A stretch of DNA of 54,067 nucleotides, the filler included, from an uncultured virus (IMG/VR IMGVR_UViG_2049941000_000645) (Duplodnaviria; Heunggongvirae; Uroviricota; Caudoviricetes). It is 28 parts of one record of this genome, joined end to end, with 100 filler letters (N's around TTAATTAATTAA, not from the genome) between each part and the next. Parts side by side here need not be neighbours in the genome. Positions count along the whole stretch, not along the records: positions 34,020 to 35,557 come from IMGVR_UViG_2049941000_000645; positions 35,658 to 38,550 come from IMGVR_UViG_2049941000_000645; positions 38,651 to 40,610 come from IMGVR_UViG_2049941000_000645; positions 40,711 to 52,653 come from IMGVR_UViG_2049941000_000645; 24 more parts are not named here. One strand, 5' to 3'. The first letter of the stretch is position 1; the number at the start of each line of letters is the position of its first letter. The notes under the pieces were generated by a model. It saw nothing but the letters and a program-made list of their open reading frames with translations. It was not told where the DNA came from and searched no databases. This document shows, piece after piece, positions 35,128 through 46,676 of this stretch. A program made the position numbers and the translations under genes.

Positions 35128-35557
35128 ATTGTGCCCTTACAAAACTCGCCTTATCCGCATAAGGGAAATACTTAATCAGATAATGGTACGGGCTGAACGC
35201 CTTGTTGCTGCCCTTGAAAAACAGTCTCTGTATATCGTATTCCCTGTCGAGGAACAGGAATACACGGAACTTCTGGTTCAACCCGTCATACGAATGCGAC
35301 GTATGCAGGATATAGTTATACGGCCTGAAGGCATCCTCGAATTCCTTTATGCTGTAATCCTTGTCGTCGAAATCAAGTATCATCACGTCGGTAAGGCCGA
35401 TATTCTCTGTCATACGGGTTTCGCCGTAAACCGTACAGAACTTCCATTGAGGAATCATATCCTTTTTCTCGACGATTAACGGATGCTTTATGACGTGCAT
35501 AAAACGACGGGCCGTCTTCTCGTCCCATTTCATCGGCTTCAATACGCGGCCCTCTTC
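35128..35557 (-). CDS. AEP/prim-pol-like primase domain, partial
   Basis: MILDFDD (DxD), ILHTSHS, KFRVFLFL. Confidence 0.7.
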
Positions 35558-35657
35558 NNNNNNNNNNNNNNNNNNNNNNNNNNNNNNNNNNNNNNNNNNN
35601 NTTAATTAATTAANNNNNNNNNNNNNNNNNNNNNNNNNNNNNNNNNNNNNNNNNNNN

Positions 35658-36500
35658 GCAAATTATTCGAACCGATTTCCACGCCCTCGTCATCATTGAA
35701 CGACTTCAAGTCGAATATCCTCTGGTGCTCTATATCCACGCCGATCGTAACGACAGGGCATTTCGGCATACCGTAACGGGTCTTAAGCAACTTTACCGTA
35801 TACATCTGCGCCGCCTTCATCTCGGCGGTCTGCGTAATACCGAAGATAGCATCGCCCTTCATCGTCGACGCATACGAATCCGCGACGTCGTCGAGCCCGA
35901 TTTCCGCCTTGCCGTAACCTCCGCGGTTAGACTGCATCGCGGAAACGATCGGAATATTCAACAGCATGCCTATCGACCTGACCTGTGCCGTAATAGCGCG
36001 AAGTCTCGAGTTATCGTTCATATTCGGATCTACCCTGCCGTCGGGTATCATACACCCAAGATAGTCGACCATGATTACATCGGGTTCGAACGAGTGCTTT
36101 TCCTTGTATTCCTTCAACAATGCCCTGACCTGTAATGCATTCACGCAGTATTCAGGATATTCCTTTATCTTCAACTTATTATGCCCGATCTGANNNNNNN
36201 NNNGCAAGTACAATGTTCATCGACTGCGGATGCAACCCGCCGTGTATCATCTCGTCCATCGTCTTGCAGCCGGTCGGCAATACGACTTCATTCTTGATAA
36301 AGTCGTTATAGATTACCTCGGGTTCCTCGAAAAACGAGAATCCTACCTTCGTATCGAACGTGAACGATTCCGCATATGCCGCAGCCTCTGCGAAACTGCC
36401 GACGGACTTGCCGCCTACGCAGTAATTCGATATATTTTCCTGTACCTGTCTCAGCAGTCTCTTACGCACGAATTCCTGTATCTCATCCAGCAGGATATAG
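35658..36500 (-). CDS. DnaB-like replicative helicase (T4 gp41), partial
   Basis: LPTGCKTMDEMIHGG, LKIKEYP, PDVIMVDYL, IVSAMQSNR, ADS, LLKTRYG. Confidence 0.92.
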
Positions 36501-36523
36501 NNNNNNNNNNAGCTTTTATTTGA

Positions 36524-37599
36524 TTATTCTTCGTCATCGTTAGCGTCGATACCCGTATCGACAACTTCATCGTTGACAATTTCCTGCTCGCCGTTAATCA
36601 TCTTCATGACGTCCTGGTTGGACGCAATGAGTACATCGTCCTCGTAGGAGAACTTATCCTCGACGAACTTACGGAACTTCTCATCACGATACAACGGAAT
36701 CCAGAATTCGGCGCAATAAAGCTGATCTTCCTTCCACTGCTTGACAACCTCTCCTGTTTCCTTGTCTACGTCATATTCCGCACGAGCATAGTAAAATATA
36801 GCAAAAATATNNNNNNNNNNCGAGCAGGCCGTAATAAGGAGAAATACCGCCGCCATGAAGAATAAGATACTGTGTCTTCACGGATTCCTTGGCAGAACGT
36901 CCCTTAAGTGTCTTGGCCGTAATAATCTTGCCACGAATATTGCCTTCCTTGTCCTTATCCTTCTTCGCGGAAGTAGCGAGCATAATCGCATCGGCCAGAA
37001 AGTAAAGTTTCTTACCGCCACCGACAGCAACCGGGTCACCATACATCTGAAGTGTAGCATAGACGTGGTTAAGGATTAGAGTAGTAAAATTACACGCATT
37101 GATAACTGCCGCAAGCTCAGCCTTAAATTTTCCAGATGCCATGTTAACCGCCGCGGACGCCTCCTCTGCCTTTTCCATAACCTGAAGTTCGACAATAGGA
37201 CCCCACGAGTCAAACAAAACAAATATATTACGTTGTTCTGCGCGAGTAAGCCCATGCGACAGTTTCGCGAAAATCTGCTTGATTTCAGGAATAAGCTTGG
37301 TATTGAACACGCCGACATCCTTCATGTTGATACCGAGCTGGGTAAGCAGCTTATAATTGGTCGCATTTTCCGCATCGATTATAAAACAGTCCATACCGGC
37401 CTGCTGTGCGGCCTTAAGCACGGAATAACCGATAATAGATTTACCGTAAGAACTGTCTGCCGCGATTTCGGAGATACAGCCCTTCTTGATACCGCCCTGG
37501 ATCTTTCCGGAAAGCAGCAAGTTTACCGGAATACAGTTCGTGGAAAGCCATTCAATTTTATCCTGCTCTGTAATCAGGATATCGTTAAATGCCTTTTCC
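36524..37599 (-). CDS. uvsX: UvsX/RecA-like recombinase, partial
   Basis: NLLLSG, AADSSYGKS Walker A, IDAE, FDSWG, LNHVY, GGGKKL, GGISPYYGL. Confidence 0.92.
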
Positions 37600-37609
37600 N
37601 NNNNNNNNN

Positions 37610-37803
37610 GAAACGATATACCTTACCGACGGTATCGGGTTGGTTATCGTTACGGACGATATAGACGTTCGAATAATACTTCGGCTTCCATTTGCCGAGA
37701 ACCTTAGCACGGGCCTCGTCAGTCTTGCCATACTTGTTCCAAATCTTGGAGTTATATTCGCAAATCGGGCACTTGAGATCCTTGGTTACGGTCGGCGTAC
37801 TTT
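37610..37803 (-). CDS. Single-stranded DNA-binding protein (T4 gp32), fragment
   Basis: CPICEYNSKIW...YYSNVYIV...PDTVGKVYRF. Confidence 0.88.
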
Positions 37804-38116
37804 NNNNNNNNNNNNNNNNNNNNNNNNNNNNNNNNNNNNNNNNNNNNNNNNNNNNNNNNNNNNNNNNNNNNNNNNNNNNNNNNNNNNNNNNNNNNNNNNN
37901 NNNNNNNNNNNNNNNNNNNNNNNNNNNNNNNNNNNNNNNNNNNNNNNNNNNNNNNNNNNNNNNNNNNNNNNNNNNNNNNNNNNNNNNNNNNNNNNNNNNN
38001 NNNNNNNNNNNNNNNNNNNNNNNNNNNNNNNNNNNNNNNNNNNNNNNNNNNNNNNNNNNNNNNNNNNNNNNNNNNNNNNNNNNNNNNNNNNNNNNNNNNN
38101 NNNNNNNNNNNNNNNN

Positions 38117-38525
38117 ATATAAGGAAGTCATCCATACTGGAATCTGTCTTGTTCAATGACTGGTATTTGGATTTCAGGTTAACCGTCAACGTATAATAAT
38201 TCATCTCGTCGAGGCACTTGAGCAATACCTGCGGGTCAACCCAGTCGTCCACCAAATACGTGATGGCGTCCGTTATGTTAATCTTGTTGTCCTTGTTCAA
38301 CCTGTACAATACATTGTTGAACTTGTTATATTCGACCGGCTCGTTCTTCATGACCTTTATGAGGTAAACCGGCAATTTCGAAATCGGATCGACATCGCTG
38401 AAGTCGATACCGTAATGTTTCATGTACATGTAGAACGCATCTTTCGTCTGTTCCTGCACATGGTCGTCGTTAAACAGTAAGTTTTCTTCGTCTATCATCT
38501 GACATTCCTTATAGTGTAAACCCAT
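38117..38525 (-). CDS. hypothetical protein (weak resemblance to late co-activator gp33)
   Basis: Upstream of gp32; ITDAITYL motif and acidic-hydrophobic tail SMDDFL. Confidence 0.35.
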
Positions 38526-38650
38526 TTACGTCGCTGCTGCCGGGAGGAGCNNNNNNNNNNNNNNNNNNNNNNNNNNNNNNNNNNNNNNNNNNNNTTAATT
38601 AATTAANNNNNNNNNNNNNNNNNNNNNNNNNNNNNNNNNNNNNNNNNNNN

Positions 38651-39205
38651 GAAAATGACATTTCCGAGAACACCGTTAATAACCAACTGTTCCGATACCT
38701 CAGTAGGTAACGTACCGGTCGTACCAATCTTATAATCCGCATTGATGCACTGCTTCATCAACTTGCCGACTATATTCGCACGAACACCGTGCGCCTCGTC
38801 GACGACTACGCCCTGGTAATCTTCAAAAAATTCCCTACCCTGGTTCTCCAGGCTCTGCCATGTCGAAATAAGTAACGGAAGCCTGAACGTCGGTTTCATG
38901 CCCGAATACAATCGTTCCACCTGGCTGTCAATATTTTCCCACCCGTAATCGACGAAATCAGAATACATCTGCTCGACGAGCGACGTGTTCGGCACGATGA
39001 GCAACAAGTGTTTCCTGTGCTTGACTTCTATCAGGTACCGCATGATACAGTAAATCATCAGCGACTTGCCTGAACCCGTACAGGACATCAATATCCCGCG
39101 CTTATTCGTGAGGGCCGCATATACCGCCTTCAACTGGTACTCTCGTGCATCAAAATCCTTTATATAAGAATTAACCTGCCGACTCATCGTATCGTAGTCG
39201 ACAGA
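38651..39205 (-). CDS. uvsW: UvsW-like SF2 helicase, partial
   Basis: REYQ, TGSGKSL, IVPNTSLVEQMYSDF, ISTWQS, VDEAH, GTTGT. Confidence 0.92.
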
Positions 39206-39442
39206 NNNNNNNNNNNNNNNNNNNNNNNNNNNNNNNNNNNNNNNNNNNNNNNNNNNNNNNNNNNNNNNNNNNNNNNNNNNNNNNNNNNNNNNNNNNNNNN
39301 NNNNNNNNNNNNNNNNNNNNNNNNNNNNNNNNNNNNNNNNNNNNNNNNNNNNNNNNNNNNNNNNNNNNNNNNNNNNNNNNNNNNNNNNNNNNNNNNNNNN
39401 NNNNNNNNNNNNNNNNNNNNNNNNNNNNNNNNNNNNNNNNNN

Positions 39443-39577
39443 GATCCACTGCGTCACTACCTTCTTCAGCAGCTTCGCATCCTTGTCGTACGTAGTCAGC
39501 TGGTCCGTCTGGACATAGTTATACAGTGTCGTATAGGCCGAAGTGGCGCTGTCATACGTAGTCACTGGATTACCGTC
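39443..39577 (-). repeat. 135-bp second copy or allele of 39873-40007
   Basis: Both encode DGNPVTTYDSATSAYTTLYNYVQTDQLTTYDKDA. Confidence 0.9.
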
Positions 39578-39587
39578 NNNNNNNNNN

Positions 39588-40199
39588 CTGGTCATGCAAC
39601 ACCTTCGTGCCGAACGTGACAGTCGAATCATCGAGCTTGCCATATCCGGAAAGATAGTCATATTTACGCATAGTCATCCATTCATTCGTATATATTGTAC
39701 TAAATACTTCTGGATTATATCCGCTTTCCTTGTTATTTGGATCTAAATATAATGGTTTATATCCAATGATATCTCCTTTCTTCACCGGTTTATCATTAAT
39801 TATACAATTAGCTGAAGCATAAATTGGTCTATCATGTATAATTAATGAACCCGATGCTGACCTGCTTGATGGAATCCATTGTGTAATAACCGCTGTTAAT
39901 AATCTCGCATCCTTGTCGTACGTGGTCAACTGGTCCGTCTGGACGTAGTTATACAGTGTCGTATAGGCCGAAGTGGCGCTGTCGTACGTAGTCACCGGAT
40001 TACCGTCGAGAACATACGCGTTACCGACCTTGGTCTGGTAAATCTTGCTGAAGTCATGCTGCTCGTCTAGTGAGCCATTCGCGTTACCGAACGTCACGCC
40101 ATGATAGATATAGTCGCCGCGGTTGAGCGTAAGGTATGTATTGATCTTCTCGATTATCTGCGCGTCCTTTATCGGCTTTTTTTGTACGGCCCCCTTTCT
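39588..40199 (-). CDS. hypothetical (probably structural) protein fragment
   Basis: Stop-free frame with an internal AT-rich block. Confidence 0.6.
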
Positions 40200-40299
40200 N
40201 NNNNNNNNNNNNNNNNNNNNNNNNNNNNNNNNNNNNNNNNNNNNNNNNNNNNNNNNNNNNNNNNNNNNNNNNNNNNNNNNNNNNNNNNNNNNNNNACAA

Positions 40300-40311
40300 T
40301 ATTTATAAATA
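40300..40311. promoter_or_regulatory. Palindromic TATTTATAAATA late promoter
   Basis: Followed by AAGGAG SD and ATG at 40336. Confidence 0.75.
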
Positions 40312-41078
40312 ATATAAAAATATAAGGAGTTTACTATGGAATTTAATAACGACGAATATGTCGATGTCAATCTCGAAGGCACGTCCAAAACGGGCTTCGA
40401 CTGGTATACCGAATACCAGGACCTCGGCGGTTCCAAGAGCATGTTCGAAATCTGGAAAGAATACGCCATTCGCAAAGGAATNNNNNNNNNNTCATCACGT
40501 TGCGGATAGTATCCGCGAAAAAGTAGTTTTTGGGATAACCGAAATTCGGCGCGCCGTCGATTGTCCCCTTCCAATATCCGTTAAGGAATAAGCTTGGTAT
40601 TGAACACGCCNNNNNNNNNNNNNNNNNNNNNNNNNNNNNNNNNNNNNNNNNNNNTTAATTAATTAANNNNNNNNNNNNNNNNNNNNNNNNNNNNNNNNNN
40701 NNNNNNNNNNTCCCCGGGACCGAGAAGCACACATGTCTTCGTATCGTTGTATTCCTCTTCAGCGAGCGGATTGCCGAACGGTACGAGTTCCTCCTTCAGC
40801 AGGCAACGGAACCTGAGATACCCTCCGTATATATCCGCATGGCATACGCCGACGGATACCGGCTCGCAATATTCGCCGGGACATCCGGGAATATGTTTAC
40901 GGTATTCTATCCTCATTTCTCGACGTACGGTTCTACGTGCTTACTCAAGTAATCCTGGAACTCGGAACCGTNNNNNNNNNNTGTATTTCTTCGTAATCTC
41001 GTACCCGTAATTTTTCAGGAGATCCAGCGCAGTCTTGACATTCTCTTCACTTAATTCTTTAACTTCCATATATTTACC

Positions 41079-41375
41079 CTATGCAAATTTGGACAGAAGA
41101 CCGTATTCCTTCTCGAGCTGCTGCACGGTGTCCGTCATCAGATTATTCAACGCGATTTTCGAATTGAACGTATTGGCCATTGTCTCAACACNNNNNNNNN
41201 NGATAATCTCGTATACTGTTTGGAGATGCGTATGGGTAAATCCCTTTTCGCACTGCCAGTGGAAAATATTGATCTTGTTAGAGAATGTCAGTGCGTCGAC
41301 TGCGAACGTATAGAGCGTCTGGTATTCGGCTTCCTTCGAGTCCGCATAATACGTGGTAAATGTTTCCTTTTCCAT
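41079..41375 (-). CDS. Small ferritin/Dps-like protein
   Basis: IFHWQ...THTHLQTVYE...VET four-helix-bundle pattern. Confidence 0.55.
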   Translation of the reverse strand: MEKETFTTYYADSKEAEYQTLYTFAVDALTFSNKINIFHWQCEKGFTHTHLQTVYEIIXXXXVETMANTFNSKIALNNLMTDTVQQLEKEYGLLSKFA

Positions 41376-41409
41376 ATCTTATTCCTTTTCTTTATTTATT
41401 TTTTAATTT

Positions 41410-42512
41410 TCAACTTTCCCGCGAGATACTCGTCCATGGCCTGCCGTTGCGCCTGCTCATATACGCGCTGGGCGTCGCCCTTNNNNNNNNNNGGGCGTCG
41501 CCCTTCTTCGCGTCGTAATTTTCCATGGATATGGCCAGTACTCGGTCATTGAATTCCTTGCTGCGGTAGACTTCGGCGGTATTGTCGATTACTGTAATCT
41601 TCGCACCTTCTTGTTTCCTGTTTGTCGTCCCGGCATGCTCGATGTCATTCAAATTATTTTTTTCCGGTTCTATATCCAGGTCTTCGAGACCTGCCATTTC
41701 CGGTCGTTCAAGCTCGCCGAGGACATTCACCGTAGACTGCTCACGACGANNNNNNNNNNTCCTCGCCTACAGTATTTTGCTTGTTCAACGAGACCGTCTC
41801 GGACATCATGTCGTTCATGGCATCGTTCTTTAACGCGGCTTCCTTGCCCCGATTCTCGGTAAACACGTTATCCGAATGTTCCGCCATTATCTTGTAACCG
41901 GTACGGCGTTCCCGTGTATTCGTATCGAGTGTCTCGTAGTCCTGCATGTCCTTACCGAACTTCTCCACCTGGTCAACGACCGTAGAATGGATGTCCACCA
42001 TATCCGCTATTTCGGATTCAAGCTTCTCAATTTTTTCCTTATGTACCTGTTCGTTCTTCAACAGTGTATTGTTCTTCGCCTTCTTTATCTCGAACGCATT
42101 CTCAGCAATATCCTGTTCTCTCCACGCGTCANNNNNNNNNNTTCCTGACGTTCTGTTTCGCGGCGATTTGCGTAATCCAGCTCACCCGCCGCTGTACTGA
42201 GATGTGCATTTCCTGCGATGTCAAACATTCCCATATGGCCTGCCTGTGCATTGCTCAATTCTGCCTGTTTCGAAATTACGGTATCGCTGATCATAGCGCG
42301 CTGGCGGCGGAGCTCGTTGAGCTCTTCCTTCGCCGTATCTACCTTGGCCTGCGCGGAATCTGCCCTGTTCTGCGCCTCCTGCAGGTTCTTCTGCTCGGCA
42401 TCGGCACCCGTAGGCTTCTTGACCTTTGTAGCCTTGAGCGTCTCGAGCTGGTCCATCTTTTCCTTGTATTCATCCTGCATCGCCTGTTCGCGACGACGGG
42501 CCATCTTCTCGT
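41410..42512 (-). CDS. Long charged coiled-coil protein, fragments
   Basis: E/K/Q/A-rich heptad-like sequence across several 10-N gaps. Confidence 0.55.
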
Positions 42513-43201
42513 NNNNNNNNNNNNNNNNNNNNNNNNNNNNNNNNNNNNNNNNNNNNNNNNNNNNNNNNNNNNNNNNNNNNNNNNNNNNNNNNNNNNNNNN
42601 NNNNNNNNNNNNNNNNNNNNNNNNNNNNNNNNNNNNNNNNNNNNNNNNNNNNNNNNNNNNNNNNNNNNNNNNNNNNNNNNNNNNNNNNNNNNNNNNNNNN
42701 NNNNNNNNNNNNNNNNNNNNNNNNNNNNNNNNNNNNNNNNNNNNNNNNNNNNNNNNNNNNNNNNNNNNNNNNNNNNNNNNNNNNNNNNNNNNNNNNNNNN
42801 NNNNNNNNNNNNNNNNNNNNNNNNNNNNNNNNNNNNNNNNNNNNNNNNNNNNNNNNNNNNNNNNNNNNNNNNNNNNNNNNNNNNNNNNNNNNNNNNNNNN
42901 NNNNNNNNNNNNNNNNNNNNNNNNNNNNNNNNNNNNNNNNNNNNNNNNNNNNNNNNNNNNNNNNNNNNNNNNNNNNNNNNNNNNNNNNNNNNNNNNNNNN
43001 NNNNNNNNNNNNNNNNNNNNNNNNNNNNNNNNNNNNNNNNNNNNNNNNNNNNNNNNNNNNNNNNNNNNNNNNNNNNNNNNNNNNNNNNNNNNNNNNNNNN
43101 NNNNNNNNNNNNNNNNNNNNNNNNNNNNNNNNNNNNNNNNNNCAGACAGCTTAACTGTCTTGCTAGTCTGCCATTCCATTATACGACATAAACCCATACA
43201 T

Positions 43202-43220
43202 TATTTATATATTATAAATA
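43202..43220. promoter_or_regulatory. Back-to-back T4-type late promoters
   Basis: TATTTATA at 43202-43209 and TATAAATA at 43213-43220, between ATGs at 43197 (-) and 43226 (+). Confidence 0.75.
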
Positions 43221-43225
43221 TCTAT

Positions 43226-44059
43226 ATGGATTTGAATAGCCTAAATACATTATTGCCGAAATTCTGGACATCGAAAAAATGCGGGAAACACGAAGGGCTC
43301 GCCGTACAGCACGGCATGCTCCTCCTGAAAAACCTAATGGTCAGTCCGGAACTGTTATTCGAACAACTCGAAAAAAACACGTTCACTTTCAAGAATTTCG
43401 GGAAAATCCAATGGTCAGAATTCCTCGAAAAGGCGAACCTGTCCNNNNNNNNNNATGTCAAGGACGCGCTGAACGTAACGACCGCCAGACCGGCAATCGG
43501 CAAAGGGGAATTCTTGTTCGCCAGCTGTTTCGCCAACCTCGGCTTCACCGACGGTAAGGGCGACATTGTAGACATGAGGAATAACGCAAGGGTCGAATTC
43601 AAAGGCATACGTTCTACTCTTTCCGGCGACGGTCGTGAATACAAGCAGATGAACAAATCGTTGATGTATTCCGTGTTTTCCCTATTCAATACGAGTACGC
43701 AGTATGACCATTTCAACCGTGACTGTGGCAAGGATCTTGATGACCTGCTGGCGCAAAACCCAGAAAAGACCGGCGGCGTGCTCAAGCTGTTGCAAAACAT
43801 AAACAACACAAACGACGGCATCGCCCGTAATTTTGCGAAACTCTATGCGCTGAAACCAAACATTTTCGATGTCGTAGGCGCTATGCAGCTGTACATATAC
43901 ATGACTATGCAGAAAGCTTCGTTCCTGCTTATGACGAACGACCAGTATTTCTGCTGTTTCGAATATCCGAAAACACCGATGGACGCATATAACGTAATAA
44001 GCTCGATCAAGCTTTCCAGCTGGGATGCCGGAAATCGCGCTATGACTGTAGGTATATAA
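43226..44059 (+). CDS. hypothetical protein with PD-(D/E)XK-like motif
   Basis: IGKGEF...KGDIV...VEFKG; its stop overlaps the next ATG (TAATG). Confidence 0.55.
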   Translation: MDLNSLNTLLPKFWTSKKCGKHEGLAVQHGMLLLKNLMVSPELLFEQLEKNTFTFKNFGKIQWSEFLEKANLSXXXXVKDALNVTTARPAIGKGEFLFASCFANLGFTDGKGDIVDMRNNARVEFKGIRSTLSGDGREYKQMNKSLMYSVFSLFNTSTQYDHFNRDCGKDLDDLLAQNPEKTGGVLKLLQNINNTNDGIARNFAKLYALKPNIFDVVGAMQLYIYMTMQKASFLLMTNDQYFCCFEYPKTPMDAYNVISSIKLSSWDAGNRAMTVGI

Positions 44060-45437
44060 TGGCAGAAGAAAATGTCTTACTGGATTCCGGCTCAGCGTTA
44101 GAATCGAGCAATATCAACACACAGACGTGTGATATTGTCGCTATATACGGTAGCAAGGATCCGAATAAAGGCTATAATATACCGCCTGACAAGATTGAAC
44201 GCCTCACTATACACGAGAGCTTCTTCTCGCTGCTGCCGTCGATGACATTGCGTCTCAACGACGTGGGTACGATTTTTCACGACGTTAACTTCCAGATAGG
44301 CAATACCCTGTATGTCAGCCTCCTCCCGAAATCGTCGGATGAAGACGTCATCCTCAAGCCTATCCTTCAGGCGACATTCGTCATACAGGCAATCAACTAC
44401 AGTTTCGACCAGGACCGAAACGATTTCATATATAATTTCCATTGCATATATAGCGCAGAAAAATATCTGAACGATATCTGTATCTGGCCAATGTCTGACA
44501 CGATTGCCGGTTATACTCCCAGCCTTGACAAGGCGTATACCAGTGCGGAAACCCTGTCCAGTATACTCGCAAACGCCGGATTAAAGCCAATCGTCGAACT
44601 CAAGACTGACCCAGACGACAATATGTCGTGGCTGAACGCGAATCTTACATATGCGGAATTCGCGAAAAAGATCATAAGCCACGCATGGATTTCCGATGAT
44701 GACATGCCCCTGCTCTTTGTCGACCACGACGGCGTCGCACACTATACGTCGATAAATAATCTCTGTGATGAACAGCAGATTTCCGGCTATTACATTCATC
44801 AGACAAAGTATCAGNNNNNNNNNNAAAAGTACGACGACAAGAACCAGACCAACCATACGAACAAGAAACCGGAGGCATACAAGGTATACCTTGACGTTTC
44901 AATGTCGAACTACGGCTATATACAGAATAATGGCGGCTATAACGTCAAAAAATATATCTACAATCCGTACAATATTAAAGAGCTGTCATTGACTGAATTT
45001 AAACCTGTACCGTTCGACCTGTCAAATCCGACCGCATTGACTACCAACGATAACTGTTTCCGNNNNNNNNNNCCGGCATTAACGGTAAATTGCGCCTTGC
45101 CAATGTTTCCAACCGTTCGGTAACGCAGGGCGATACCGTAAGATACAACTCCGTAAGTGTACACTTCAAGCAGACGCACCAGTATTATGACTATGCGCCG
45201 CTACACCATGACAGCATAAAGCACGCTTTCTTCCAGCAGTTCGCATTCATGGCGATAAGCGTAACGGACCAACCTGGATATGCGCAGGACCCGGAACAAC
45301 AGCTCAGGCTCGGCAATAAAATAAATATCGATATGTCGTCGATAAACCATGATTCGTCAGTGCAGACGAACAACTTTATCGTTACCGGTCTTACGCACGA
45401 TATCAGTTTCGGTTCAAAATATACGATAATGGCTACC
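44059..45437 (+). CDS. Baseplate hub protein (gp27-like), gapped
   Basis: IERLTIHESFFSLLPSMTLRLND; C-terminal LRLGNKINID...FIVTGLTH; directly upstream of gp5. Confidence 0.65.
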
Positions 45438-45479
45438 NNNNNNNNNNATTCGCAGAAATCAAAATAATAACGGTTTATT

Positions 45480-46256
45480 ATGAATAACTTAAATACGAAC
45501 AGACTACTCGACGACGCCATGTCGAACCTGAAATCAGGTCTCGAACAGTCGATTATAAGTAACGACGATTTCAACCCGGATTTCATGGATGACCGCTGGA
45601 CAGGCAAGGTTATTGACAATAACGACCCGGATAAGCTCGGCCGCGTAAAGGTTCTTATATTCGGTTATTATGACGAACTCGCGGAAAATGCCTTACCGTG
45701 GGCGATACCCGACCTCAGCTATGTCGGCGGTACCAATGGCAATTTCGTTATTCCAGAAATCGGTACGATCCTGAGAGGATATTTCGACCAGGACGACATC
45801 CAGAAACCGATATTTGATTCTGTCGCGTTCTCTCAAGCGACCGCACAGGATACGACGAAAAACCCGCTAATCAACAAGCTAGAAGACTACCCGAACAAGA
45901 TGGTCCTCATGGAAACCGACCAGGGCGAATATCTGACGCTCAACAAGAAAACCGGCGAGACCGAATTCAAGCACAGGAGCGGTATGTCGTTCACTATTGA
46001 TGCCAACGGTTCCATCACGGTCTATACAGGAGAAAACTATTCGGAACGCGGCCGCCTTACGATAAATACCGAGGGCAACGCCGATATAAATGTCGGCGGC
46101 GACGCCAACGTCAAGGCGAAAATGAATGTCAATATCGACGCGGACGGCGAGGTCAATCTCGGTAAGAATCCGATGAAACAACTGTGTAACAACATTCCCG
46201 TATGCATGTTTACCGGCATCAGGCACAATATCGGGAATACCAACACGAAATGTTAA
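45480..46256 (+). CDS. Baseplate central spike (gp5/VgrG OB-fold), no lysozyme domain
   Basis: GKVIDNNDPDKLGRVKV, LPWA, IPEIG, QKP, HRSG. Confidence 0.9.
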   Translation: MNNLNTNRLLDDAMSNLKSGLEQSIISNDDFNPDFMDDRWTGKVIDNNDPDKLGRVKVLIFGYYDELAENALPWAIPDLSYVGGTNGNFVIPEIGTILRGYFDQDDIQKPIFDSVAFSQATAQDTTKNPLINKLEDYPNKMVLMETDQGEYLTLNKKTGETEFKHRSGMSFTIDANGSITVYTGENYSERGRLTINTEGNADINVGGDANVKAKMNVNIDADGEVNLGKNPMKQLCNNIPVCMFTGIRHNIGNTNTKC

Positions 46257-46271
46257 GTCATAAATAATTAT

Positions 46272-46676
46272 ATGTTAAGTCTAAGCGCAAATCCGGATTT
46301 CAAAGTATTAGATAACGCACAGGTCGTCAACCCATATTATGACTGGGACGCGATGGGCGTAGATACCGAAGTACTCGGCAAGACCGCCTTGGACCAGATG
46401 ATTGAAAATGTGCTCCTGACCGAACCGTTCGAACGACTGTTCAACCTCGCGTACGGTTCGCCGATTTACCTGCTGCTATTCGAGAACTTCAGCAATGTCG
46501 ATTCGCTCATGCCGCAGGTATTCGAAATAATAGAACACTGGGTACCCATAAAGATTCACCAGTCACAGGCAGAGATAACCAAAGACGAAGACCATAACGC
46601 CTTGCTGTTCAGAATACCATATACGTCGAATAACGGGCTGATCAGCGGCATATTCGCGCGCAGGATTCGTAAATAA
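46272..46676 (+). CDS. Baseplate wedge/sheath initiator gp25-like
   Basis: IENVLLTEPFERLFNLAYGSPIYLLLFE...IEHWVP. Confidence 0.88.
   Translation: MLSLSANPDFKVLDNAQVVNPYYDWDAMGVDTEVLGKTALDQMIENVLLTEPFERLFNLAYGSPIYLLLFENFSNVDSLMPQVFEIIEHWVPIKIHQSQAEITKDEDHNALLFRIPYTSNNGLISGIFARRIRK

Noticed and set aside
36791..36810. Promoter-like TTTTGCTATATTTT inside uvsX
   Set aside because: At a contig edge inside a coding region, imperfect match; probably chimeric or chance
39443..40007. Template/variable repeat pair of a diversity-generating retroelement
   Set aside because: Differences are mostly synonymous and not adenine-specific; no reverse transcriptase seen
40584..40610. 27-bp exact copy of uvsX sequence 37287-37313
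   Set aside because: Same contig-end artefact pattern; no CRISPR repeat or cas gene
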